A stretch of 64,000 nt of DNA, taken from Thermodesulfobacteriota bacterium. GTDB taxonomy: Bacteria > Desulfobacterota_D > UBA1144 > Nemesobacterales > Mycalebacteriaceae. This document shows, one piece after another, positions 9,322 to 18,376 of this stretch; position 1 is the first letter of the stretch; each line of letters opens with the position of its first letter. The stretch is from contig OZ242184.1 in NCBI GenBank assembly GCA_965205855.1, forward strand, positions 1,152,001 to 1,216,000, in the 5' to 3' direction. Below the pieces are notes generated by a model. The model was not told the DNA's origin and did no database searches. It was given only the letters and a program-made list of their open reading frames with translations. The translations under genes and the position numbers were made by a program.

Positions 9322-10323
9322 TCAGGGCGTGAAAAGCCCCGTTTTTTTCATTATCTCATCAATGTTGCGGTTTGCGCACTCATTGGCTTTTTTGGTTCCC
9401 TCTTTGAGAATATCTTTCACATTGTCCGGTCTTTTTTCAAACTCCGCCCTTTTCTCGCGAAACGGCTCAAGCATTGCGTTTATCGCCGTGCTGAGTTTCC
9501 TCTTAACCTCCACATCGCCGACCGCGCCCTTTCTGTAACGGTCTTTGAGGTCGTGAACCTCCGCCGTGTTAGGGTTGAAGGCATCGTGATATTCAAAGAC
9601 AGGGTTACCCTCAACCGTGCCGGGAATATCCGCCCTTATGCGCTTGGGATCTGTGAACATCCCGCCGACCTTTTTGCTCACCTCTTTTTCGGTGTCGGAA
9701 AGATAGATGCAGTTGTTGAGACTCTTGCTCATCTTGCGTCCGCCGTCCGTCCCTGTCAGACGCGACACCTTGCTGATTATCGGCTCCGGTTCATCAAAGG
9801 TTTCGCCGTAAAGAGAGTTGAACCTGCGGGCGAGTTCGCGCGTGAGCTCTATGTGGCTCAATTGGTCTTCCCCGACCGGAACCTTGCCGGCTTTGAAAAC
9901 CAGTATGTCCGAAGCCATAAGCACGGGATAGCCGAGTAGCCCAACGGAATAAGCCTCGCCGACTCCCATATCTTGTATCTTCTCCTTGAGGGTGGGAATT
10001 CTGCCGCAACGGGGAACCGAGCACAGCATTGACAGAATTACAGAAAGGCGCGAAATGGCGGGAATTTGCGACTGGATGTAAAAAACGGATTTTTCCGGAT
10101 CCATTCCGACAGAAAGCCAATCCGTTACCATTTCAACGGTGTTTTTCTCCACCTCGCGCGTTTTGTCAAAATGGGTTGTCAGCATGTGCAAATCCGCGAC
10201 AAGAAAAAAGCAGTCGTATTCGCCCTGAAATTTGAGGCGGTTGTAAAGCGAACCGACAAGATGCCCCAGATGAAGACGTCCGGTCGGTCTGTCGCCGGTT
10301 ACAAGTATGGGTTTGCGAGACAT
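9322..10323 (-). CDS. trpS: tryptophan--tRNA ligase
   Basis: TGDRPTGRLHLGH, VPVGEDQ, KMSKS. Confidence 0.95.
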   Translation of the reverse strand: MSRKPILVTGDRPTGRLHLGHLVGSLYNRLKFQGEYDCFFLVADLHMLTTHFDKTREVEKNTVEMVTDWLSVGMDPEKSVFYIQSQIPAISRLSVILSMLCSVPRCGRIPTLKEKIQDMGVGEAYSVGLLGYPVLMASDILVFKAGKVPVGEDQLSHIELTRELARRFNSLYGETFDEPEPIISKVSRLTGTDGGRKMSKSLNNCIYLSDTEKEVSKKVGGMFTDPKRIRADIPGTVEGNPVFEYHDAFNPNTAEVHDLKDRYRKGAVGDVEVKRKLSTAINAMLEPFREKRAEFEKRPDNVKDILKEGTKKANECANRNIDEIMKKTGLFTP

Positions 10324-10454
10324 TTAAGGGTTTTATGCTACTTGAGACTCGGGAAAGGTTCAATCAACTGTGAGAACAAAACGCTTCAATTTTCAAACTC
10401 CTCAATTCCGCATATAATACCGCGAGCGTTACGCCACGAACACAAGGACAGCAA

Positions 10455-12164
10455 ATGCCGGAACAGAAAAAATCCAAAGTTGAAGTTATCAAAGAAGACA
10501 GCAACTACCTGCACGGAACCATAAGCAAAACGCTTACGGGAGACGACACCCATTTTTCCGAGGCGGACTACCAGATTCTGAAATTCCACGGAATCTACCA
10601 ACAAGACGACCGCGACCTTCGCCAGCAACTTAAAAAAGAAAAAAAAGAGCGCAAATATATCTTCATGGTGCGCACAAAAAACCCCGGCGGCGGCGAGCTT
10701 TCACCGCGCCAGTGGGAAGCGCTGTGCGAAACATCGGACAGATACACAGACGGCACTCTGAGAATAACTACGCGCCAGACCATACAGTTCCACGGGATAG
10801 GAAAAGAAAACCTGAAAATGGCAATGCGGCACCTTAACGACAACTTTGTGCCGACAAACGGCGCCTGCGGCGATGTGAACAGAAACACCATTGCGGGACC
10901 CGTTTCGGACATCACTTCGGGCGATTTCAACGCCCAGCAACTCGCGCGCGAAATCTCCGAAACACTTTCGTATGAAACGGGCGCCTACTACGATGTGTGG
11001 ATGGACGGCGAGATGCTGACAAAAGAGAAACCCGTCCGAAACGGGGAAACCGAACCCCTTTACGGCAAAACATACCTGCCACGCAAATTCAAAATCAGCA
11101 TCGCCGAAGAGCATGACAATTCCGTTGACGCGCATACAAACGACATAGCCGTAATCCCCGTAACGGAGAAGGAAACGTTAAAGGGCTACAACATCCTTGT
11201 CGGCGGCGGACTGGGCAGCCATCACAGGCAGAAAAAAACCTTCCCGCGCCTTGCAGACACTCTGGGTTTTGTCGGCAAAGACAAAATTTTGCAAACGCTC
11301 AAAACAATCCTTGAGTTCCAGAGGGACAACGGAGACAGAAGCGACCGCAAACACGCGCGCATGAAATATGTGATTGAGGAATGGGGGATTGAAAAAGTCC
11401 GCGAGGAACTTGAAAATCGGCTCGGTTTTGAGATTGAACCGGCAACGGAATTTTCCCTCCGCCAGCCGGAAAACCACCTCGGATGGCATACTCAGAGCGA
11501 CCCAGGACTTATGTATGTCGGCATATTCATCGAGAACGGGAGAATCAAAGACATTACGGAAAAACCCGTGAAAACCTGCATAAGGGAGATAGTAAGGGAT
11601 TTCGGCGCGGGAGTCCGGCTGACGGCTTTGCAGAACATCATACTTTCAAACATCCCGAAAGACAGAGTTGAGGAAGCGAAGGCGCGCTTGAAAAAGGGTG
11701 GTGTCAAAACGGAGTCCGAATACTCAAATGTGCGCCTCAACTCAATGGCCTGTCCCGCCCTTCCCACTTGCGGGCTCGCGCTTGCCGAGGCCGAAAGGTA
11801 TATGCCGTCCCTCATCTCCCGCCTTGAGAGAATGGGATACGGGGACGAGAATATCAAAATCAGAATGAGCGGATGCCCGAATTCATGCTCGCGTCCGCCG
11901 GTTTCCGAAATCGGACTGATAGGAGCGTCTCCGGGCAAATACAACATCTACCTAGGCGGAAATTTTGAAGGCACGCGTATGAACAGCCTTTACGAGGAGA
12001 TGGTCGGCGAAAACGAACTTGCTCGCAGAATTGCGGAATTCATAGACTTTTACAGGGAAAACGGCAAAAACGGCGAAGCGTTCGGGGATTTCTGCAACAG
12101 GGTGGGCTTTGAGAAAATCAGAGAAGCAACGCGCCCGGAGGGAGTCGAACCCCCAACCTCCTGA
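10455..12164 (+). CDS. cysI: sulfite reductase hemoprotein (CysI/Sir, siroheme-[4Fe-4S])
   Basis: KFHGIYQQDDRD, TTRQTIQFHG, YLPRKFK, CPALPTC and SGCPNSC motifs. Confidence 0.9.
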   Translation: MPEQKKSKVEVIKEDSNYLHGTISKTLTGDDTHFSEADYQILKFHGIYQQDDRDLRQQLKKEKKERKYIFMVRTKNPGGGELSPRQWEALCETSDRYTDGTLRITTRQTIQFHGIGKENLKMAMRHLNDNFVPTNGACGDVNRNTIAGPVSDITSGDFNAQQLAREISETLSYETGAYYDVWMDGEMLTKEKPVRNGETEPLYGKTYLPRKFKISIAEEHDNSVDAHTNDIAVIPVTEKETLKGYNILVGGGLGSHHRQKKTFPRLADTLGFVGKDKILQTLKTILEFQRDNGDRSDRKHARMKYVIEEWGIEKVREELENRLGFEIEPATEFSLRQPENHLGWHTQSDPGLMYVGIFIENGRIKDITEKPVKTCIREIVRDFGAGVRLTALQNIILSNIPKDRVEEAKARLKKGGVKTESEYSNVRLNSMACPALPTCGLALAEAERYMPSLISRLERMGYGDENIKIRMSGCPNSCSRPPVSEIGLIGASPGKYNIYLGGNFEGTRMNSLYEEMVGENELARRIAEFIDFYRENGKNGEAFGDFCNRVGFEKIREATRPEGVEPPTS

Positions 12165-12203
12165 TCCGTAGTCAGACGCTCTGTCCAGTTGAGCTACGGG
12201 CGC
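12130..12203 (-). tRNA. tRNA-Arg(ACG), no encoded CCA
   Basis: GCGCCCGTAGCTCAACTGGACAGAGCGTCTGACT-ACG-GATCAGGAGGTTGGGGGTTCGACTCCCTCCGGGCGCG cloverleaf. Confidence 0.95.
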
Positions 12204-12237
12204 TTGCAAGAGGGCATTGTAACAGAGATAAGCGAGT

Positions 12238-12861
12238 ATGGAAAAACTTGAGACACTTCTTGACTCCGAAATGGGCTCTTTTCTCACAAAAGCGCGCGAA
12301 CTTCCCGAAGTAAAAGCGCTTGTTTCCGGAAAAGTGACCCGTGCGCAGTATAAGAAACTGCTGAAAACCTTCTGTCTGGTGGAGCAGATAAGCCACAGGG
12401 CGGTTAACACTGCCGCAATCTACGCGAGGGAAAAAGGAAACGCATATCTTGCCGGACGTCTCGGCTCATGCGCCGCGGGAGAGCTCGGACACGCGGAACT
12501 TGCGCTTGAGGATTTGCGGGATTTGGGAGACAAAAGCGCAAAAATTCCCAAAGCGGAAAATTGGGAGGCGGAGTTGTTGAAAAAAGCGAGGGAGTTTCCG
12601 CCCGCGATTATCGGGCATTCGTATCTTTTTGAAGGCGCGTCCGGAATTTTGTTTCAGGATGCGGTTGTGCCAAAGGGAATGCCGGAAAGGTTTGTGATTG
12701 TTCACGCAAAGGAAGACCCCGCGCACGCAAGGGCGATAAAGCGCACAATTCGGGTAATGGAAAAAAACCTGACCCGAAAACAAACCGAAGAGATTGTGAA
12801 GTTTGCACGTAAAAGCGGCGTGCGTTTAATGAAAATATTTGAGGAAAACAGAACCATTTGA
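12238..12861 (+). CDS. heme-oxygenase-like (HDO/iron-containing redox) helical protein
   Basis: E-x2-H (GELGH..LALEDL), YLFEG, H-x3-D-x2-H (HAKEDPAH) putative dimetal ligands. Confidence 0.65.
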   Translation: MEKLETLLDSEMGSFLTKARELPEVKALVSGKVTRAQYKKLLKTFCLVEQISHRAVNTAAIYAREKGNAYLAGRLGSCAAGELGHAELALEDLRDLGDKSAKIPKAENWEAELLKKAREFPPAIIGHSYLFEGASGILFQDAVVPKGMPERFVIVHAKEDPAHARAIKRTIRVMEKNLTRKQTEEIVKFARKSGVRLMKIFEENRTI

Positions 12862-13205
12862 AGATTTGAGAAAAACCGTCAATAAAATATTAAACTCTGC
12901 ACATCTTTTTGGAGGTTTATGGGGTTACGAAGAAGAAAATTTGAAAGAGTAATGAAAACAAGAAGCAATATTTTGGGATAAATCTGGAGAAGATGACCCA
13001 ATTAACTCAGAACTAAAAAAAAATCATCTCGGAGATAGAAGGCACATGTAAAAACATAATATCTCAAGAACAAAACCTTATTAAAATTGTCTACAAAAAT
13101 TTACGGAAAAAATAAAAACAATTAGTCTCTTTATCCTTAATATATTTTTTAATTTCACTTTTGTTGTCAACCAAAATCCTATGGTAACTGAACGTATTTA
13201 CACCC

Positions 13206-13673
13206 TCACCTCGGCTCAAAAACTACAACCTCAACCCCGTCCATCCCTTCAAAAGCCCCAACAACAAGTGGCTTCACATTTCTCCAATCCAAACCTCCTA
13301 ACCCACAACCCAGCGCCGGAATTGCAATTAATTCAATCGCCCGTTTTTCAATTTCGTTTATGAGCGCAATAAGCCCGCTTTCTATGTATTCCATTCTGCT
13401 CTTGTCGCGGTAATGGTTTTCGGTTGGAAAATTGATTATGTATTTCGGGAACATAACGCCCGTTTCAAAAACAAACATTTCTCCGGTTTTCACCCTTCCC
13501 TGTTTGCATGCAACGGCATACGCCTCAAAATTCGCCGCAAAACGCTTTTTGAATTGAAACGCGAGCCCCGCGCCCATCGCACCAACGCAGTTAACGGGAT
13601 TGACCAACGCGTCCGCCGGTTCGTCAAAAATGCTTCCCGCTGTTTTACGCTGAATTCCCAAAATAATCCTCAC
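13206..13673 (-). CDS. macro domain protein (DarG/TARG1-like ADP-ribose hydrolase)
   Basis: ALVNPVNCVGAMGAGLA, IINFPT, IAIPALGCGLGGLDW; GTG start overlaps the permease TGA (GTGA). Confidence 0.85.
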   Translation of the reverse strand: MRIILGIQRKTAGSIFDEPADALVNPVNCVGAMGAGLAFQFKKRFAANFEAYAVACKQGRVKTGEMFVFETGVMFPKYIINFPTENHYRDKSRMEYIESGLIALINEIEKRAIELIAIPALGCGLGGLDWRNVKPLVVGAFEGMDGVEVVVFEPR

Positions 13674-14707
13674 CCCGTAAAAGCGCCGTTGAGAACAACC
13701 GCAATCGCAACAATCTGCGGAACCGCCACAAGCGGGATAAATAGCGACAGTTTCCACGAACGTGTTGTGTCCTGAACGGCCATTATCTCCGTATAGTCGG
13801 TTGCGGCTCCCGCCATAAGAAAAGTGAACGAATTGCCCGGTGCGCCCGCGCGCGTGAGCAGGTCTGCGGCGAGAGGAGTCGAACCCTCGGAGCAGACTTC
13901 AATCACCGTTGCGGCAACAAGAGTCAACCCCAGACCCGCAAGGGTGGGACCGAAAAGGGTTTCATATCCGATTTCCGCCCCGAAAACTCTGACTGCGGAC
14001 GCAAAAACCACCCCGAACAGAAGCCAGCGCAAAACGGGTTTTGAATCGCGGAAAGCGGACTTGCCCACAAAAAGGGCGGTCGCCCTGTCCAGGCGGATTG
14101 CGGAAAACACTGAGAAAACCGACACTCCGTCTGGAAGCGGTTGCGCGGTGTTGGGGTTTGCCGGCAGAACGGAGATCTTCTCAAACCAGACGAAAACCAG
14201 ACCGGTAACAAACGCCACTACGGTTGAGAGAACGACAAATGCAAAAGTCCACCAGAAACCCACAAGCGCTATAAGAACAAAAGTCAACGAGAGCGAATTC
14301 CACGGACTTGCAATAAGAAAAGCCGCAACTTGCCCCATGCTTGCGCCGCGTTCGTAAAGTTTCATTCCAAGAAAAATTATTCCGTGATTGCATACATCGA
14401 AAAGCACTCCGGCAAAAACCGCCCGCGCAATTCCGCGCGCGGTTGCGCCGTTGCCGAGAACAGAAACAATTGCCTCGCGGGGAACAAGCGAAAGAAACGC
14501 AATTGAGACAACCCCCAAAGCAATTCCGGGAAGAACTGTGTTTGTTATTTCACGAACAGAAAGGGTTAAATCCGCAAAACGGACGGAAGACGGAGAGAAA
14601 AAATCCGCAATGTAAAAGAAAACAACCGCCGAAAGAGAAAGCCAGAAAAGATAATCAAAGGAACCGGTTTGATGGCAACAGCCTGATTGAGAGTTCCTCT
14701 CTTCCAT
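13670..14707 (-). CDS. ArsP_1/DUF318-family predicted permease
   Basis: multi-TM; duplicated halves with DVCNHG and EVCSEG, FLIASP/FLMAGAATD; ATG 14707 lies just after the tRNA. Confidence 0.75.
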   Translation of the reverse strand: MEERNSQSGCCHQTGSFDYLFWLSLSAVVFFYIADFFSPSSVRFADLTLSVREITNTVLPGIALGVVSIAFLSLVPREAIVSVLGNGATARGIARAVFAGVLFDVCNHGIIFLGMKLYERGASMGQVAAFLIASPWNSLSLTFVLIALVGFWWTFAFVVLSTVVAFVTGLVFVWFEKISVLPANPNTAQPLPDGVSVFSVFSAIRLDRATALFVGKSAFRDSKPVLRWLLFGVVFASAVRVFGAEIGYETLFGPTLAGLGLTLVAATVIEVCSEGSTPLAADLLTRAGAPGNSFTFLMAGAATDYTEIMAVQDTTRSWKLSLFIPLVAVPQIVAIAVVLNGAFTG

Positions 14708-14723
14708 AAAAATGCCCTCTTTT

Positions 14724-14806
14724 CGGAGGGCGAGGGATTCGAACCCCCAAGTCCGCAAGGACGCCGGTTTTCAAGACCGGTGCATTAGCCGTTCTGCCAG
14801 CCCTCC
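14724..14806 (-). tRNA. tRNA-Ser(TGA), long variable arm, no encoded CCA
   Basis: GGAGGGCTGGCAGAACGGCTAATGCACCGGTCT-TGA-AAACCGGCGTCCTTGCGGACTTGGGGGTTCGAATCCCTCGCCCTCCG. Confidence 0.93.
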
Positions 14807-14832
14807 ATGCAAGAAAAACTATATTATCATAC

Positions 14833-16497
14833 TCAAACCGCAGTTCTGTGCGCGGTTTCGTCTTCTTTGAGCATGGGAAGGTATTTTCCACCAAGTATTA
14901 TGTTGCCTTGTTGTGCGCCGCTCAGAAGTCTTTCCACCATGTAATCCCTGTTCGTGCCGACTATGTTCACCCCGTGGTCGCTCTCCACAAGGCAGAGAAG
15001 CTTCATATCACGGTTCTCCGACGGAGCTGTATCGGCAACCTTATATACCGCCGCATAATTTAGAAGAGCCGCTTCAACGGTTCCGCACGGAAGAGACGGA
15101 TTGCGCGCGCCTTCGCAGAATTCGCCGTTTTTAAACCATTCGGGAGACGGATAGCCGTGAAAATGCAGTATTGACATACCGTCATTTTCCACAAGCTCCG
15201 GCATATAAATAGCAAAAGAAAACGCTTGGGCAAGAATTACAAAGGTGTCAAAAGAAGGTCTGATGTCACGGCGCGAAAGATCCATGCCACGCGGGATTTG
15301 AAGATGAAGCTGCCCGTTAACAATTCCCATTCGCACAATGTCACTCATCGGGTCAAGGTTTGTTTTATCGCACCCCGAACGCGAGGTTACCGTCCAGAGA
15401 TGGGGAACCTGTCTGAAAAATTCCCTGCCTGCCACTCTTATTTTCACATACCACCTACCGGACTGTGCCGTCCTGACATCGGTAAGCTCTTTCACGGAAG
15501 AAAAAGTCTCCCATTCCGCCGCCGTGACTTCTCTGGGGCCTTCGTATTCGGGCGGCTCAACAATTGCTATAAACCCGTAGGAAACGCCCGTTCTGCCGTC
15601 AAGTATGTTGCTTAAAACATCGCGGTGGGAAACGCGCCGTATCCTCTCACTGAATTTGTATCCCTCCGGGAAAAGCCCGGACGGACGGACCATCTTGCCG
15701 AGGTTTGCAAGCGCTTCGGTATTTTCATTTTCCGCAGGGTCAAATTCCTCTATTTTGAATCTGCTCAAAATTGGCGGTTTTATCGGAGCGTAGATTTTCG
15801 GCACAAGTGAGTTAAGAACAAAACCGTCAATCTGCTCATGAGCATAAACCGAATCTGACAGGTTCATGTTGATAATGGCGAAGTTCTCACCGGAAACCCC
15901 GATGACAATCTCCGACATGGTGCCGAGAAGATGGCTGAGCCCTATCTCTATTTTGACATTGTATGCCGTATCCTTGTCTTCAAACTCTTCCTCAAGCGGC
16001 ACAATTGTTATAACCTGCGTGCCGAAAGGGTCCTGGATGTACTTCTGTGTAAAATCGTCCGCCCAGCCGCTTATTTTCAGTATCTCCATAACAGACCTAC
16101 CGGGCTTTCTGACCAGTCCGTAAATACCCTCGGCAAACGCGCTCATAGCTCTGCGCAGGATTGAAGGACGCCTCTCAACATCCACAACAGCATTTATGTC
16201 ACGCTTGACGCGTCTTATTTTGAACAGACGGGAAATTAATCCGTAGGCGTTGTCCTGAACGGTCGCGTCCTCCCACGACACAACAACCACGCCAAGTACT
16301 TCAAGGCTTTTTTGAAGCTTTTCTGCGAAGGATTTTATTTGAGTGTTTCCATAGCCGTCCGGGACGGGACGGAAAGTAACCCTGACATTCGGCGCCATCT
16401 CGCGCGGGTCGGTCGGGTTGGCAATATCACGCAACTGAGGCATTCCCGTGAGGGAAACTATGGTTTGAAGGTCAATGTCGGCTAATCTCTGGCTCAT
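14833..16497 (-). CDS. hypothetical 554-aa protein with C-terminal class II aldolase/adducin-like motifs
   Basis: long ORF in an operon; SRSGCDKTNL, RPSFD, LHFHG, PCGTVE, ESDHG resemble class II aldolase motifs (product is inference). Confidence 0.6.
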   Translation of the reverse strand: MSQRLADIDLQTIVSLTGMPQLRDIANPTDPREMAPNVRVTFRPVPDGYGNTQIKSFAEKLQKSLEVLGVVVVSWEDATVQDNAYGLISRLFKIRRVKRDINAVVDVERRPSILRRAMSAFAEGIYGLVRKPGRSVMEILKISGWADDFTQKYIQDPFGTQVITIVPLEEEFEDKDTAYNVKIEIGLSHLLGTMSEIVIGVSGENFAIINMNLSDSVYAHEQIDGFVLNSLVPKIYAPIKPPILSRFKIEEFDPAENENTEALANLGKMVRPSGLFPEGYKFSERIRRVSHRDVLSNILDGRTGVSYGFIAIVEPPEYEGPREVTAAEWETFSSVKELTDVRTAQSGRWYVKIRVAGREFFRQVPHLWTVTSRSGCDKTNLDPMSDIVRMGIVNGQLHLQIPRGMDLSRRDIRPSFDTFVILAQAFSFAIYMPELVENDGMSILHFHGYPSPEWFKNGEFCEGARNPSLPCGTVEAALLNYAAVYKVADTAPSENRDMKLLCLVESDHGVNIVGTNRDYMVERLLSGAQQGNIILGGKYLPMLKEDETAHRTAV

Positions 16498-16506
16498 TCT
16501 TTCTCC

Positions 16507-17283
16507 TTATTTCAACGTACCGATGAGGGCTTCTTCGCTTCCGATATGTTTTTCCACCTCGTCAAGCATCACACTTCTTACCGCCTGTTCAAGTTTCTCC
16601 ATTCCCTCTCTGCCCGACGGGAAATTGTCTGGATAGACGGGAGGAAGAAACTCAACCGTCATCTCCGTGCCCGTGCCGAGTTTGAATTCGCCCTTTTTTT
16701 TCACTTTCCTTCCACCCCATATAACCATTGGAACAACCGGTGCGCCAGAAAGAGACGCAAGCAGAAAACCACCTTTTTTGAAACTCAAAAGCCGCCCGCT
16801 TTCGCTCCGTGTGCCTTCGGGGGCAAGCACAACGGTATGTTTTTTTCTACTGATTGCACGTGCCATCAACTTCAACTGTCTGGAATCTCCGCTTCCCCCG
16901 TCTCTGGATACAAAATAATGCCCTGACGTCTTTGAAAGCCACCCGACAAAAGGAATCTTCAAAACCTCGTCTTTCATAACCAGCTTATACTGCCCCGGCA
17001 GGGAGGCGACAAGAGCGGGAATGTCAAACGAGCTCTGATGATTGTACATTATAACTGACGGCACGGACGGAATATTTTCAGTACCACCCACATTCAAGCC
17101 CACTCCGTGGAAGATAAACATGGATTTTCCCCACGGACGAACCGCAAGCGGTATGACCAATTTCGGCGCGATAAGGGAAAGAACCATCCCAATAGTGCCA
17201 AATACCACGATGGCAATCAAAGAAAGAAAAAGAGCGAAAAGTGTTTTCAGCATTGGAAAGGGGAAGATTACATTCCGCGCCAC
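16507..17283 (-). CDS. plsC: 1-acyl-sn-glycerol-3-phosphate acyltransferase
   Basis: NHQSSFD (HX4D), PEGTRS, FKKGGF; N-terminal TM. Confidence 0.88.
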   Translation of the reverse strand: MARNVIFPFPMLKTLFALFLSLIAIVVFGTIGMVLSLIAPKLVIPLAVRPWGKSMFIFHGVGLNVGGTENIPSVPSVIMYNHQSSFDIPALVASLPGQYKLVMKDEVLKIPFVGWLSKTSGHYFVSRDGGSGDSRQLKLMARAISRKKHTVVLAPEGTRSESGRLLSFKKGGFLLASLSGAPVVPMVIWGGRKVKKKGEFKLGTGTEMTVEFLPPVYPDNFPSGREGMEKLEQAVRSVMLDEVEKHIGSEEALIGTLK

Positions 17284-17289
17284 TCTGTT

Positions 17290-18189
17290 TCAAGCGGACA
17301 GGATGCCCGAAGGTGTCAGCACATTAAGTGCCCCCGCGTCTGTCGACACATTATGACAGCCGGCTTTTAGAACAAAAGGCTCGCCGTCCATATGGGCGGG
17401 AAGGTCTCTTTCCGTTTCCACTGTCGCACAGCGAGATTGAAACCGTCTCATCCACCCGCCTTGCGCCGCACCGCCCATAACAGACACAAGTCGTGCGATC
17501 CGCATAAAAAAAGACATGTCGCTTATGAAATGAAAATCAAGCAGACCGTCATTGGGGCGGGCGGCGGGAGAGATTTTGAACCCTCCCTGACCGGCCCCGT
17601 TGGAAACCCCGGTGAGAAGGCAGCGCCCCTCTACCTCCACGGAGGAAGACGACAAACGCACGGGAAAACCCTCAAACCCGAACGCCGTCGCGCCTGCGGA
17701 CGCGAGATATCCGAAAAAACCACCGAGAAATCTGAACCTGGGAAAGACCGACGCTATGGCTCCGTCCATCCCTATCCCAAGCCCGTTGATAAAACCCCTG
17801 CCATCGAGCAAACCCATATCAACCTTCATACATTTCCCCGAGAACACCGTCTCAAGAGCTTCCGCCGTGGAAACCGGCACACCGCACGCGGCTGGGAAAT
17901 CATTGCCGCTTCCGCCCGCGACAATGCCGAATTTCACATTGGAGCCCGCAATTGCGTTTGCTATGTCGCTCGAAGTCCCGTCTCCGCCAACCGAAACTAT
18001 GTGTGAAAAACCCTCCCTTACGCCGTCAGAAGCAATGCGTCCGGCGTCTCCGGACGAACCGGTAAGGCGGATTTCAAATACCATCCGTTTCGAACGGGAA
18101 AAAGACGATATAGCTTTCTCGCTATCCCGCGCGTTACGCCTACCGGCAACCGGGTTGACAATAAAAAGATAGGATTTTCCGTCTGTCAT
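17290..18189 (-). CDS. diacylglycerol kinase family lipid kinase (YegS/DgkB-like)
   Basis: IVNPVAG, GGDGT, GSGNDF, HMDGE motifs. Confidence 0.88.
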   Translation of the reverse strand: MTDGKSYLFIVNPVAGRRNARDSEKAISSFSRSKRMVFEIRLTGSSGDAGRIASDGVREGFSHIVSVGGDGTSSDIANAIAGSNVKFGIVAGGSGNDFPAACGVPVSTAEALETVFSGKCMKVDMGLLDGRGFINGLGIGMDGAIASVFPRFRFLGGFFGYLASAGATAFGFEGFPVRLSSSSVEVEGRCLLTGVSNGAGQGGFKISPAARPNDGLLDFHFISDMSFFMRIARLVSVMGGAAQGGWMRRFQSRCATVETERDLPAHMDGEPFVLKAGCHNVSTDAGALNVLTPSGILSA

Positions 18190-18376
18190 ACCGGTTAGAC
18201 TATAACAGAAAGGAAAAAAATTCCGCCGGACAAACATGGAACGGAGGCGGTCGGCAAAGCGTTGGTCTATTGGGGAAAACCGGTTGAATCTGCTAGAAAA
18301 ACTTGATAAAAACTCCGCATTTGTGTAAAAAACTCGCCTTGCGTTCCTTACGGGGTGCTGGCAAAAGGAGAACTTA

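Noticed and set aside
9226-9939. Long antisense ORFs (also 31976-32716, 36031-36660, 44019-44705, 60972-61688)
   Set aside because: They are shadows of well-supported genes on the opposite strand and have no motifs.
11952-12410. 152-aa minus-strand ORF containing APVAQLDRASDYGSGGWGFDS
   Set aside because: It is a translation of tRNA-Arg and antisense to real genes, so it is spurious.
14708-14894. N-terminal extension of the permease and ORF 14655-14894
   Set aside because: These run through tRNA-Ser; the permease more plausibly starts at ATG 14707.
18330-18376. Possible S2 autoregulatory leader (CGGGGTG) before rpsB
   Set aside because: Only a short motif is visible; the structure cannot be supported by eye.
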